Shown here: in pieces, positions 42,901-62,325 of the stretch
Layout of the letters: every line of letters begins with the position of its first letter
How positions within the stretch are numbered: position 1 is the first letter of the stretch
Source of the DNA: Eledone cirrhosa
Taxonomy: Eukaryota
DNA length: 64,000 bases
Assembly: GCA_964016885.1 (NCBI GenBank)
Contig: OZ024745.1
Coordinates: forward strand, 55,676,001 to 55,740,000
Reading direction: 5' to 3'
Program-made: the position numbers and the translations under genes
The notes under the pieces: generated by a model
What the model saw: the letters and a program-made list of their open reading frames with translations, nothing else
The model's database searches: none
Told to the model about the DNA's origin: nothing

Positions 42901-42931
<31 letters not shown>

Positions 42932-42953
42932 CATACATATACATACACACATA

Positions 42954-42991
<38 letters not shown>

Positions 42992-42998
42992 CATATAT

Positions 42999-43055
<57 letters not shown>

Positions 43056-43072
43056 CATATATATACATACAT

Positions 43073-43143
<71 letters not shown>

Positions 43144-43144
43144 T

Positions 43145-43191
<47 letters not shown>

Positions 43192-43192
43192 T

Positions 43193-43240
<48 letters not shown>

Positions 43241-43349
43241 TTTTATATATATATATATATATATACATATTTTTATAAATATATATATATATATATGTAA
43301 GTATGTATGTATACGTACATACATATATGTATACAGACGTACAGTAGCA

Positions 43350-43431
<82 letters not shown>

Positions 43432-44505
43432 TACATACAGGTACACATACATATATGTACGCATCAGTTTTGCGGACGCTTATTATAGCGCCCGCTTTGT
43501 TCGTTTGTAAACAAACTGAACAGCCTGAATTTATGCCGCACGGTGTTAAGGCAACCACGTCACCTTTTTGTGTACATAAACTGAAGTATTACAAAAATAT
43601 ATAATAAAAATATATGATAATAATTACTAAGGATGTATATAACATTAAGAACCATATTACAAATATAGTCCAAAGCAAAAACTAGAGCTAAACAAAGGTG
43701 GTTATATAGAGCAGGAATTTTATATAATACAATATAACATACAATAATATACCTTTACCAACATTAAAATCAAAAATTACAATAAAAATCAAAAGATACA
43801 ATATGTATATATGTGCGCACACGTACACACACATACACATACAACAATACGCACATCCATCTTCCCCTGCACAAATTAAACCTTATTAAGAATTTGAATA
43901 TAAAAATAAGCATGGTAGGAATTAAAATAATAATAATAATACTAATACATCTACCCAATATACATGAGGTAATAATATGATATAATTATAAGTAACACAT
44001 ATAATAATAAATAATACAATTATATACTATATAATACAATATAATAGAATAGATAATCTCCGGTTAATTTACACAAACAATATAGATGTCACAATAATAA
44101 TATAATAATAATAACATTTACAACATACAATATACTAACATTTATCAATGTACTCAAGTTAACAAATCGATTCATATTGGGTTACAGAGTAGGTGAGGAA
44201 AAATAAATTGTACAATACCTCAAAAAACTTACAGAAGTAGAAACATCTTACATGATATATAAAGTTTAACATATCATAATGTTACATATAATTAACGGTA
44301 AGTAATAAGGATCAATATTACAATAACAAATACAATATAATATAATATATTATATAAAATAAATTAATACAATATAATATATAATTACTTATAATTACAA
44401 GGTTGGTAGACAGACATGTATATGGATGAGTGAGTGAGTGCCAGACAGTGAAAATAATGCACAGTAGTATTACAATATAGAATAAAATAAATAAATAGAT
44501 AGAAT

Positions 44506-47135
44506 ACTTACGAAAAACTATTGATAGCTGGTGTTAACTCCTTTGTAAAAAGGATTAGATGGCGTGCTTTCCACTATGATAATAATAAGGATAGCAAGGA
44601 CCCCAGGAATAGAACTATTTTTAATAACTATGGCTTCAAAACTTATAAGAGCCCACCACACAATATTCTGTTAGATAGTTTTGAAAGTGACTTACTCTCT
44701 CTTGTCAAAAATATTAGGTATAGGCCAAATAATAGACATAGAAATTATAATAATTTTGATAAGTTCCAGTCTAGACTTAAAAATATTGTTAAGGGTTTCG
44801 GTGAGAATAAGTCCATTCTTGTCCCGGCGGATAAGACTAAAAATCTATACTCCATGGATTATAGTGCTTACCGCGACTTTATTTATAAGGAGCTGCATAG
44901 AAACTATAAAAAAAACTACACTTGAGAATTTGAACCACATCAATAGTGATGGCCTTAGAATTGTCTCTGACCTCGGCCTCGATAAGTATACCCAGCCATA
45001 TTACCCTCGAGAACCGAGATTCACTCTTAAGGATCACAAGGTTGATTTTATTAGTAACCCTTCAGTTAGACTCATCTGTCCTTCTAAGTCTGATATAGCC
45101 ATTATCAGTAAAAAAAATCCTTGACCTTATTATACCAGATGTTAGGGATAAGATTAATTTTAACCTATGGGGGAACACTAAGGAAGTTATAGATTGGTTC
45201 TCCGGGATTAATAGACTTGAATCTAATAAGTTTATCCAATTCGATATTGATGCCTACTACATATCAATTTCACCGGTCCTGCTCAATAAAGCTTTAATGT
45301 TGGCCATGAGAGTGTCCAGCCTTACACGATCACAGGTAGATATTATACTAGCAGCCCGTAAAACTATTATTAAATTTGAGGACACATTTTGGACCCGTAA
45401 AAACACGCCCAACAATTTCGACGTTACAATGGGTTCGAGTGATTCGGCCCAGGTTACTGATCTTGTTGGGTTGTTCCTCCTTAATGAACTATATGCTACC
45501 TTCCCGCACCTTATAGGCGGACTATATCGTGATAATGCATTGTTTGTAATTAACTCTAGCACCAACAATGTAGAACATAATAAGAAGAAGCTTTATAAGT
45601 TTTTTAAAAGCTATAACCTTTCGATCACGATAGATAGAAATGATAGAGCGGTTAACTTTTTAGATGTGACTTTGGACTTGGACACTAATAGTTTTAAACC
45701 CTTCCATAAGCCTAATGAAATACTTTCTTATGTTAGTCCCAATTCTAACCACCCCAAGTCTATGATAAGCTCTATAATTAAGGGTGTATCTAATAGGATT
45801 TCTACACTCTCTAAGGACATAGGAACATTTAATGAACATGCGGAGTACTATAATAATGCCCTAGCAAATTCAGGTTACTCTAGTAAAATACATTATAATA
45901 ATAGTAACCTTAGAAAGTCTCCGTCTACCTTTAATAATAATAGTATAATATCACATAACATGGCCATGAATGTGAGTAGCAAACATAGTAACCGTAGAAA
46001 TTATATAGGTGTTTCTGAACCCACCCATAAGTTAACCCACCGAACCCGTAATAGCGAATATAATACATCTAGGAAACATGTTGAACCCCCTGAGCGCTCA
46101 CACATTGGTGATAATTTAGCTGGATCTTATTCTGATAATGTTGCTCCTACTGATCCTATCATTGGCCCTGATCCTTATGATGGGATTCCGGACAGCAGCA
46201 GATGTACTGGAGGTAGAAACTGTAATAGACTTAATGAAATTTTGGCTGATTCTATGAATGCGGCTTTAACTAATCCTTGTAGTAACCCTAGTCTCGATGG
46301 TGGGATACTCGATAATGGTAGAGTCGGTAAGAATAAAAATAGAAGGCGATTAAACACTTATTTTAACCCGCCATATAATCAGGAAGTATCAACTAATATC
46401 CCTAGGTCTTTCTTCTCTATCTTAGAGAACAATTTCCCCCCTTCTCATAAATACCATAGTATTTTTAATAAAAATGTTATTAAACTTTCATTCTCTACCA
46501 CCCCTAATATTAGTTCTCATTTAGCTAGCACTAACAATAGGAAAATTAGGGATGGATTCTCCTCTCTACATACTACTAGTCTGAACAGATCTGGCAATGC
46601 ATTACCACCAGAACAGTCCTTATCTAATAGCAATCTTATGTGTAATGCATCACCACTTGAGTCAACCAATAACACCCGGAAGTGCAATTGTAGACTGAGT
46701 GCTAATTGCCCTTTAAACGGTAACTACCTTTCTAAGAACATTGTCTATGCTTGTGAAGTTATAACTAATTCCTCTAATAGAACTTATATAGGCTCTACAT
46801 CTAACACTTTTAAGACTAGGTTTAACTCTCATATCTCTAATTTCAAGCATGTTAAGTTTAAGAATTCTACTTCTTTAGCACATTATGTCTGGGATCTTAA
46901 GATAGCTAATATACCATATAGCCTTAACTGGCGTTTAGTAGCACGCTCTAACCACCTTTCTACACATACTAAGTTTTGTAATCTCTGTATCCTCGAGACA
47001 CACTCTATAATCTTCTCTAGCGCATCTTTACTTAATAGAAAGTCTGAGATATTCTCTTCTTGCCCCCATGCTATTTCTAATGCATACTTTTATTATAAAC
47101 CTAAACGTTCTAGTAGTACAAATTGTACCCATTAG
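44506..47135 (+). pseudogene. Penelope-like RT plus GIY-YIG ORF (family B, CxCx5C-linker type, possibly Hydra clade), 5'-truncated and frameshifted
   Basis: RIRWRA, VPADKTKNLY, TLKDHK..F..NPSVRLICP, FDIDAYY, FDVTMGS, GLYRDN, NFLDVTLDL, CNCRLSANCPL, NIVY..YIGST, CNLC; frameshifts at A-runs ~44910 and ~45112. Confidence 0.92.
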
Positions 47136-48945
47136 GTGATATATTCCATTCCTTTTGTTTGCCAGCATTATTATTATCATCATTGTTATAATTGGTTTTT
47201 TATGACTCTTCATTTTAGATCTCATAATCTTTTGGCTACTGTACCACTTCTATCTTCTTACGCATTAAATGTTCACTGTTACACCTTATGAATGTATATA
47301 AGATTATATATTTTACGCTATTTATTTTATTTTACTCTTATTCTTATTCTTATTTTTATTTTTATCTTTATTCGGATTCTTCTCTGGACCCCCCCCCCCC
47401 ATGCGCACATAAACTTATTGTCAACCCCTCCAAATTGACTATGATTATATTATATTTACCCCCCCCCCTCTTTTACACTCCTTTCTATTATGTAATATAG
47501 TATATCGACTATATTTTATGGCCCTTTGCATCCTCCATACATTTCTTCTTTTCTGTCCCTATTAGCCTACCTTAATTCTGCTTAAGTCAGTTCTTTGGAT
47601 ATCGTTATGTATATGATAATAAAAAATTTTCATTCCTTTTTGTAAACATTTGGAACGAAATATTAATGTTTATAAACTTTAATGACTTAAACTATAGCCA
47701 ATATTATACTGCCTTATTAGATAGTTTAAATATTTTTAATATTAATTTATCAAATAGGGTTTTCGAGTCATTTACAGGGGTTGTTTCCTTAGCTTTTACT
47801 TAACTACTTAACTGCATGGGAGACCTAAATGTATACGTTTGTTTTTGTTTTTTAATTTCCGGTTGATTCTATCTATTTATTTATTTTATTCTATATTGTA
47901 ATACTACTGTGCATTATTTTCACTGTCTGGCACTCACTCACTCATCCATATACATGTCTGTCTACCAACCTTGTAATTATAAGTAATTATATATTATATT
48001 GTATTAATTTATTTTATATAATATATTATATTATATTGTATTTTTTATTGTAATATTGATCCTTATTACTTACCGTTAATTATATGTAACATTATGATAT
48101 GTTAAACTTTATATATCATGTAAGATGTTTCTACTTCTGTAAGTTTTTTGAGGTATTGTACAATTTATTTTTCCTCACCTACTCTGTAACCCAATATGAA
48201 TCGATTTGTTAACTTGAGTACATTGATAAATGTTAGTATATTGTATATTCTAAATGTTATTATTATTATATTATTATTGTGACATCTATATTGTTTGTGT
48301 AAATTAACCGGAGATTATCTATTCTATTATATTGTATTATATAGTATATAATTGTATTATTTATTATTATATGTGTTACTTATAATTATATCATATTATT
48401 ACCTCATGTATATTGGGTAGATGTATTAGTATTATTATTATTATTTTCATTCCTACCATGCTTATTTTTATATTCAAATTCTTAATAAGGTTTAATTTGT
48501 GCAGTGGAAGATGGATGTGCGTATTGTTGTATGTGTATGTGTGTGTACGTGTGCGCACATATATACATATGCATATTGTATCTTTTGATTTTTATTGTAA
48601 TTTTTGATTTTAATGTTGGTAAAGGTATATTATTGTATGTTATATTGTATTATATAAAATTCCTGCTCTATATAACCACCTTTGTTTAGCTCTAGTTTTT
48701 GCTTTGGACTATATTTGTAATATGGTTCTTAATATTATATACATCCTTAGTAATTATTATTATATATTTTTATTATATATTTTTGTAATACTTCAGTTTA
48801 TGTACACAAAAAGGTGACGTGGTTGCCTTAACACCGTGCGGCATAAATTCAGGCTGTTCAGTTTGTTTACAAACGAACAAAGCGGGCGCTATAATAAGCG
48901 TCCGCAAAACTGATGCGTACATATATGTATGTGTACCTGTATGTA

Positions 48946-49029
<84 letters not shown>

Positions 49030-49107
49030 TGCTACTGTACGTCTGTATACATATATGTATGTACGTATACATACATACTTACATATATATATATATATAA
49101 AAATATG

Positions 49108-49138
<31 letters not shown>

Positions 49139-49139
49139 A

Positions 49140-49337
<198 letters not shown>

Positions 49338-49340
49338 ATG

Positions 49341-49423
<83 letters not shown>

Positions 49424-49687
49424 TTAAATATATATATATATGAAAACGTGTGGCTGAATGGTTAGATAACTGGATTCGCAATCGTGAAGTTGTCAGTTCG
49501 AATCCTGTACCGGGCGATGCGATATGTCCTTGAGCAAGACACTTTATTTTGTGTTGCCCCTTATACCTGGAGTTGCGACCGATAAAGAGTATTAGAAATT
49601 TTGGAAAGACCAATGGAAACATTGTTTCCTCGGTCCGATTTAATGAAAGTCGATCGACTACATATATATATTCAGCAATGGTAATCA

Positions 49688-51136
<1,449 letters not shown>

Positions 51137-51137
<1 letters not shown>

Positions 51138-51570
51138 TTAATAAAAGGAATTCCAACTTTGTCTGATTTACTCGTTTTATTTACAATCCTTTAACATTTA
51201 TAATGGTATTAGAATGAAATAGTATGGTAGAATATTAAATGTTAAGTGTTAATTGAACAAGTACTTTCATGCTTTCGCAACCTTCAGGTTCATAATGTGT
51301 GGTGACAGTTAAGTTTGCAATTCTCAACTGTTGAAAATTGCAAATGTTGACTGTCACCACACATTATGAACCTGAAGATTGCGCAAACATGAAAGTACTT
51401 GTTCAATTAAGACTTAATATTTAATATTCAACCATACTATTTCATTCTAATACCATACATTTTAAAGGATTGTAAATAAAACGAGTAAATCTGACAAAGT
51501 TGGAATCCTTTTGTTAATATAATCTTCTATACACAATCATACACACCTGTGTATATTTATCCATCTATAT
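51137..51570. mobile_element. Older fold-back insertion (~190-bp diverged arms plus ~50-nt extension) with HHR-like motif
   Basis: Palindrome centred at ~51329; tgaac-CTGAAGA-ttgcgcaaacat-GAAA-gtac-TT-gttca at 51367-51405, mirror 51254-51292. Confidence 0.8.
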
Positions 51571-51579
51571 ATATACATA

Positions 51580-52360
51580 TATATAGTAGAATAATCGAGT
51601 ATCGAAAAATCGGCGCACGAGTTCACGATAAACAAAATTCGAGATGAGCGGCAGAGGGCTCTATAATTCAAATAAATTAGAGCTATAACTATCGTTAAAT
51701 ACCGTCACACGTAGAATATGTCTACAATCAACCAAATAACCGATAAGTTCGATATGGAAGATTCGGGACACTCAGATAAATTATCAATAAATCAATAAAT
51801 GAAATGAATGTAAAATGCATACCCGGACCCACTAGAGAGATGGAATATCTAGCTTCTTGGGTTTCTGTAAATCCTTAAACCGTCATCTATCAGCTCATAT
51901 GAAAATATAAGGCTTACAGATGGCGGGGGACTGGAGTTACTTCATCAACGAGCTTCGTCCGAATGGATGGAAAGACAAGACCCAGGCTAAAAATACGCAC
52001 ATGTATTTCAGCAAGGGAGATAACCTTTATATCCGCAAAAATATTCGGAAAAGTGTGGCAAAAACACATATCGAATAAGAGTGCTCAATAGACATGTTAA
52101 AATAAACAGGGGCTATTCCTCATTTAATAGAATCGACAAAAAATGAACAATAAAATTAACTGGTCAATAGCTAAGTCTAGAGCTAAATATAGTAGAATAA
52201 TCGAGTATCGAAAAATCGGCGCACGAGTTCACGATAAACAAAATTCGAGATGAGCGGCAGAGGGCTCTATAATTCAAATAAATTAGAGCTATAACTATCG
52301 TTAAATACCGTCACACGTAGAATATGTCTACAATCAACCAAATAACCGATAAGTTCGATA
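51580..52360. mobile_element. Non-coding ~607-bp unit with ~173-bp terminal direct repeat (1.3 tandem units)
   Basis: 51580-51753 appears identical to 52187-52360; TA-rich flanks; diverged inverted homolog at 57300-57865. Confidence 0.75.
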
Positions 52361-52450
52361 TACATATATATATATAAATATATATATATAAATATATATA
52401 TATATAAATATATATATAAATATATATATATAAATATATATATGTATATA

Positions 52451-52588
<138 letters not shown>

Positions 52589-52590
52589 GA

Positions 52591-53020
52591 TATGTAGGAG
52601 GTGAGTTTTATTGTAGTACAATAAAGCAATGCAGATATCGGATAAGAAGCACTCTACAGTTTGTAGGACTGGAGTATACATAATATAAGATCAAAAGATG
52701 GTTAAAGGAGTTCCATGTATTTTATTATGCGCATTTTAAAAACAAACATCATCATGCAATAATATTTGTGTTTTCATCAGATAAAACAGGAGAACATGAT
52801 ATGAAGGCTAAAAAGCACTTGTGGATAGTGCAGTTTTAAATCAACATATATATGTTGATTTAAAACTGCACTATCCACAAGTGTTTTTTAGCCTTCATAT
52901 CATATTCTCCTGCTTTATCTGATGAAAACACAAATATTATTGCATGATGATGTTTGTTTTTGAAATGCGCATAATAAAATACATGGAACTCCTTTAACCA
53001 TCTTTTGATCTTATATTATA
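52591..53020. mobile_element. Second copy of fold-back family Y, inverted relative to 41020-41428
   Basis: Palindrome centred at ~52850 with intact apex CAACATATATATGTTG; extension on the left. Confidence 0.85.
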
Positions 53021-53047
53021 GATATGTATATATATATATATATATAC

Positions 53048-53078
<31 letters not shown>

Positions 53079-53081
53079 GAC

Positions 53082-53146
<65 letters not shown>

Positions 53147-53151
<5 letters not shown>

Positions 53152-53827
53152 GTGAGGTTTTTTTTACAAAATGAAAAATAACCGAGGTGTCCTACACGAG
53201 TGGAAGTATAAAGAAAAAGGGATGAAATCGAAAATGCAACTGAAGTCTTATTTTTTTTTTAAATATATATATTTATTTGGTTCCTTTACCGGTTTCGCAG
53301 TTCTTCTGCTTTTCAAAAGGTGAGTTGAGATGGAGGGTCTGTGGTTTTTCTCACATCTGGTTGGTCTCTAAATGTTACTTGTTTTATATGGAAAAAGTGG
53401 CTCGAAAACCAGGTTTTTCGAGAAGTAATTTGATTGGTTTGTCAATAATTATAATAAATTTCGCGCCAGTTCGCGTTACAATAGTTCTTCAAATAAGAGA
53501 GGGGGGGGGTTGTCACAGGTTGTTTTTTCATATATGAGTGTTTGAATTTCTTTTTACTTGAAAAAATGAGGCTCACGAAGGCTTTTTTTTGGTTGGTTAT
53601 AAATGAAATTTGGCTGTCACGTTTTCATTACATTTTTGCGCCCTTATTTGGAAAACTATTCTGTAGTCTTTATAGTGAATGTTATGACAATGGAGAGAGT
53701 GGTCAAGGGAAAAGGGATTGGGAGAAATGTTCTGGTTCAGTGAATATGGCCAGCTGTCAGAGTTCAGGTGTCAGAGTTCAGATTTTCTATTGAGACTGAA
53801 GATATGTGTTTATTTGTGTGCTTGTGT

Positions 53828-53858
<31 letters not shown>

Positions 53859-56599
53859 ATGTGTGTATTGGAAGATGATTCTATTAGTAGAGATGGGGGA
53901 GGGAGTTGTGTGTTATGTGTGTGTGTGCGAGTATGTTAGATAGAGAGAATATATATTTTGTGTGTGTGTATATATATATGTGTGTAGGAAAGTGGTTCTA
54001 TTAGTAGAAATGGGGAGGGTGTTGTAGGTGTGGGGGTTGTTATGTGTGTGTATGGGTGTTATGTGTGTGGGAGTATGGTTAGCATGTTAAGATGAAGAGA
54101 ATATATATATATATATATATATTGTGTGTGTGTGTATGTGTGTGTGTAGGAAAATGATTCCTTTAGTAGGAATATTTTTGAATGAACATATTTTCCTGAC
54201 TTTTTCGTGTTTGCTATTGTATTGCCAGTGCAAACGTATGTTTAAGGTTTATTTAGTTCGGGTTTTTATTTTCTAAAGTAGAAGGTGTTATGTGTGTGTG
54301 TGTATGTCATATTGTGGTGTTGACATAATGTATATTAAACCTTATTTAATGTTGGTCTATATTTTTGAATAAACATATTTTCCTTATTTATTCGCATTTG
54401 TTCTGTTGTATTGTTAGCGCAAAGGTAAAATGGGAAGACTTGGAATTTGGGTGTCTTATTACTTGCGCAAATGTCTAGATATGCACTTAGTGGTATCTGT
54501 CTCGTGGTTGGATCTCGTAATTGTTGGCGATGAACTGTCATTCTGTTTCTGAGTGTGAGTTTAGTTTGTCCTATATAATCTTCATTGCATCCTTTACATT
54601 TAATGGCATAAATTAGATTTTTTGATGAGCAAGTGAAGTGATTTTTTACAGTAAAATTTTGTCCTGATTTAAATGTATACGTGTTGCCTTCAATGAGGTG
54701 AGTGCAGGTTCCACAATTAGAGCGACCACATTTTTTGATACTTGGTTGTGGGTTTGTGGTAGGTAATTTGGCATTGGTGAGTAATGTTTTCAGTGATTTT
54801 GGTTGTCTTTTGCTTTTGATTATTTTGTGTGTTTCAAGGGCTTTTTTCATTCTTGGGTTTTGTTTTAGTAGTGGGATGTTATTGTGAATAGTGTTGTAAG
54901 CTTCCGCATTTCTTGGGTTGTGTGTTGAGATATATGATAGAATATTGGACGTACCTTAAATTTGTTTCTGTTTCCGTAATTCATCAATGCCTATTGCTTT
55001 AGCCCTTTCTATTCCATTATTTATTAGTAATAGTGGGTACTCTCTCTCAAGTAGAATTTCCTTTAATTCTTGAAGTCTTTTATTTCGCGTTTCATAATTG
55101 GAGACAATTGTGCAAATTCTTCTTGCTAGGTTAAAAGGAATGTTCGTCTTCGTGTGCTTTGGATGGTTGGAGGTGAATAGCAGATATTGTTTGGAATCTG
55201 TTGGTTTGTAGTGTATGTCAGTTTCGATATTTGTGTCTTTTTTTGTGATTAAGATGTCCAGAAATGGGAGTTGATCTTGGCTGTATTCCATTGTGAATTG
55301 GATGTGGTTATTGATGCCGTTTATTAAGTTTTTGAAATCCTTCAGTTGGTCGAGTGTGTGGGACCAAAGAATGAGGCAATCATCCAAGTAGCGTTTCCAA
55401 TTCTCTGATAAATATTTGTGGAAGTTCAATCCGTATTTTGATTTGGACTGTTCATATATCTGGACTTCTAAGTATGCCATGACTAAGTTGGCATAAGTTG
55501 GAGCGGCTTTTGTGCCCATCGCAGTCCCCGATATTTGCTTGTAAGTATTGCCATCGAAATCAAAAAAGTTGTTCTGTAGGATGAATTTTAATCCCTCGGT
55601 GATGAAGCTTTTTTCTATTCTGTCAGGTATCTCATTGGGATATTTCTCTAGCCAGAATCCTATTGCTTCTAGTCCGTATTGGTGTGGGATCGTTGTGTAG
55701 AGATTCACTACATCGAAAGACACAATAATAGTGTCGTTGTTGACATGTTTGGGGAGGTGGTTTAAGAGGTCCAGATCGTCTCTTACAAGGCTTGGTATGT
55801 GTTTCAGTATTGGTTTCAGTAGTATGTCTATAAAGTTGCTAAATCTGTGTGTTTCACATTGTGGGCCCGCTACAATTGGTCTTAATTTAAGGTCTGTGGG
55901 GTATTGTGTGTTCACGCAGGCTGAGGTGGATTGTTTACAGGCATCGTTGATTATTTTACATTTGTGGATCTTCGGAAGTCCGTAAAGGTTGCTGGTTTTG
56001 TATTCAAAATTTGTTAAATAATCGCGTTCCTTTTTAGTTAGGTCTTCCTGGTATCGATAAATCAGTGTGTTTAATTTGGTCATTATTTTTGATTGCTGGT
56101 AGTTTTTTACTCTTTCATAGTAATTAGCATTTTGTAAGAGAGAGAACATAGAATTTTTATATTTTTCAGCCTCCATAATGACAACAGTACTTCCCTTGTC
56201 CGCTTCCTTAATTACAATGTCCGGATTGTTTTTTAGTTCATGGATAATCTCCCATTCCCTTCGACTTGTGTTGGGTTTGGGTTTAGGTTGCGGTAGTTCA
56301 TGGTATGGGAAGGTAGCTATGTGGTCACAAAATTTGTCCAGAACTCTGTTTCTACCTTTTGTTGGGTTGTAGCTGCTTTTATTCCGTACAATTGATTCGT
56401 CGTTATTCTCCTTGTCAAAAAATTCCTCTGTGAGACGTAATTTTCTACAGAAGTGTGAGATATCGTCATTTATCTCGTTGGGGTTAGGATATTGTGGTGT
56501 TGGTGTGAATTTCAGACCTTTGGAGAGAATTTTTACTTGTTGGGCTGAGAGGTTTGTATTTGAAATGTTTATTATTTTCGGTTTTTCAAAATCGGTTTT
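53147..56599 (-). mobile_element. Penelope-like element family X (Neptune-like), near-complete ORF plus ~1.2-kb 3' UTR with HHR
   Basis: ORF below; 3' UTR with (CA)n subrepeats and HHR at 53283-53320; both ends in (TA)n. Confidence 0.92.
54335..56599 (-). pseudogene. PLE reverse transcriptase plus GIY-YIG endonuclease, single in-frame stop
   Basis: [68 protein letters not shown] linker, NLIY..CKGC..YIGQT; TAA at 54956-54958 is in frame with the downstream ORF. Confidence 0.93.
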
Positions 56600-59478
<2,879 letters not shown>

Positions 59479-61826
59479 TCCACATTCCACCGTCCAATAT
59501 ACAAACCCAATGTCATCTCTCCTGTCCATCCGTTTGACGCTATGGATTTCCACAATGCAAACTGGGAAGCGATCAGTCATGATCTTGCACATGTCGACTG
59601 GTCCTTCACGCACACTCTTACACCCACTAACATCAAAAAGTCCTGGCAGACATTTGTGGACACTGTTACAAACATATGTGCTAAACACATCCCATTAAGA
59701 ACTGTAAACAAATCTAAGAGCAGAATCCCTAGAAATAGAAAAACGCTCATCAGAAAAATTAAGAGAACGAACAAAAATATCAACAAGCTGAAATACTGTC
59801 AGCAGCAACACATCAACTTGTCTGCCATTTCATCACTAGAGATTAAAAAACATAACCTCCAAAACAACATAATGTCCCTCATCAACAATCAGAGAAGAGC
59901 TGAAGAGGCCTGGGCCATTGAGAAGATCAAACTCAATCCCAAAGTGTTATTTTCATTTGCAAAAAAACACAAAATCACTGGCTCTACTGTTGGCCCTCTA
60001 ATTGATGAAAATGGCACTCTTCAAGACAATGCTAAAACCATGGGTGAGATACTGCAGAAACAATACTGCTCTGTTTTCAGCAATCCTGATATGGCCGATC
60101 TGGGCTGTATCGGCGATGTTACTCCCCATTACACCTTATCGGACATAACGTTTGGCGCCCTGATGTCTTGGCGGCAATAAAGGAAATCAAGCATAATTCA
60201 GCAGTAGGTCCCGATAGGTTCCCTGCTTGTGTCTTGAAGGTGTGTCAACACCAACTTGCATCTCCTCTTGCCAATCTGTGGCGGAACTCACTGGATGCTG
60301 GATATGTGCCAGAAAACCTTCTATCCCAGTCTGTTGTCCCAGTTTTCAAAAAGGGAAACAAATCCCTTGCCGTGAATTACCGTCCAATCTCACTCACCTC
60401 TCATATCATTAAGGTATTTGAGAGAGTGGTGAGATCGCGAATGACCCACTTCCTTGAGAGTAACAATATGCTGAACTCCAACCAGCATGGATTCCGTAAT
60501 GGAAGGGATTGCCTGACGCAGCTACTGCATCACTTTGATGACATTTTGAGAGCCTTGGGAGAGGGTTCCAACACTGATGTTATCTACCTTGATTTCAGCA
60601 AGGCCTTTGACAGGGTTGATCATAACATTCTACTGAGAAAGCTGTCCAATATTGGTGTCACTGGAAAGCTGCTGCAGTGGATCAAGAGCTTCCTGTCAAA
60701 CAGAACCCAACATGTTGTAGTTGAGGGAGTCAAATCCATCCCAGCCAAAGTCAGTAGTGGGGTCCCACAGGGCACTGTGTTGGGCCCACTTCTCTTCATC
60801 ATCTATATTAATGACATCACTGACATCATCAAACACAGCAACATTAAAATTTTCGCTGATGATTCCAAGCTCCAAAAGGTCATCAATGGCGTGGATGACC
60901 GGATAAGCCTTCAGTCAGACCTACTGGCTGTTACCCAATGGGCGGAAAAGAACAACATGTTACTGAACGAAGACAAATTCGAACTGATCCACTTTGGAAA
61001 AGAGGATGCTCTGAAACTCCCGTACTCCCTTCCCTCCGGGGAAACTCTCGTGGCATCTAACAACATCAGAGACTTGGGAGTAACCGTGGACAGCAACATA
61101 AGCCGGACCACGCATATAAGCAGCAAAGTTGACATGGCCTGCAGAATGTGTTCCTGGATCCTCAGAACCTTCCAGTCGAGAGATTCCCGCACCATTATCC
61201 TTCTCTTCTCTACTTTTGCCCGACCACACCTCGAATACTGTTGTCCACTGTGGTCTCCCCACACGAAACAAAGTATCATGAAACTTGAAGCTCCTCAAAG
61301 GGCAATCACGAAAAAGATAGATGGCATGTCAGACCTTGACTACTGGGGTCGATTAGAAAACCTGAAACTTTACTCACTCCAACGTCGCCGTGAGCGTTAT
61401 ATTATCTGCATGATGTGGAAAATGTTCCATCATCACTGCCCAAATGATGTTGGCATCGCCTTCAAGATACACCCAAGGCTTGGGCCCCGTGCTATCCGTC
61501 CCATTCAAAAATCTAAATCGCAACTCATAACAACAATACGGCACAATTATTTCACCTCAATCGGCCCTGCTCTCTTCAACATCACACCAGGACACGTCAA
61601 AACAGAAACTGACCACACAAAATTCAAGAAGTCTTTGGACAAATTCTCCAAGTAATCCCGGACAAACCACCCACACCCGGATATGTCTCCGCAAACAGTA
61701 ATTCTCTTCTCGAATGGGCCATGGTGCCCAAATCCTGAATTGAAAGACTTCGCCAGGTGGTGCTATTAAGTTAGACATGGCCTGGGCCAATACTGGCCAA
61801 AACATTTCAAAGTTATTCAAAGTTAT
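59479..61826 (+). mobile_element. 5'-truncated CR1/L2-group LINE, ORF2 RT, inserted in (TA)n
   Basis: SAVGPD, NYRPISLTS, QHGFR, YLDFSKAFDRVDH, SGVPQGTVLGP, FADD, RDLGV, RPHLEY, SLQRRRERY; frameshifts at ~60165 and ~61645; tail (TTCAAAGTTA)x2. Confidence 0.92.
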
Positions 61827-61852
61827 ATTTATATATATATATATATGATTGG

Positions 61853-62035
<183 letters not shown>

Positions 62036-62116
62036 ACCAATCACCCACACACTTTCATTTATATATATATATACATATATATATATATGAAAGTGTGTGG
62101 GTGATTGGTTATATAT

Positions 62117-62260
<144 letters not shown>

Positions 62261-62277
62261 ACCAATCACCCACACAC

Positions 62278-62319
<42 letters not shown>

Positions 62320-62325
<6 letters not shown>

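Noticed and set aside
49595-49665. GAAA-GTCGATCGAC-TA resembling HHR stem III (mirror ~42610-42630)
   Set aside because: No credible CUGANGA or stem I upstream.
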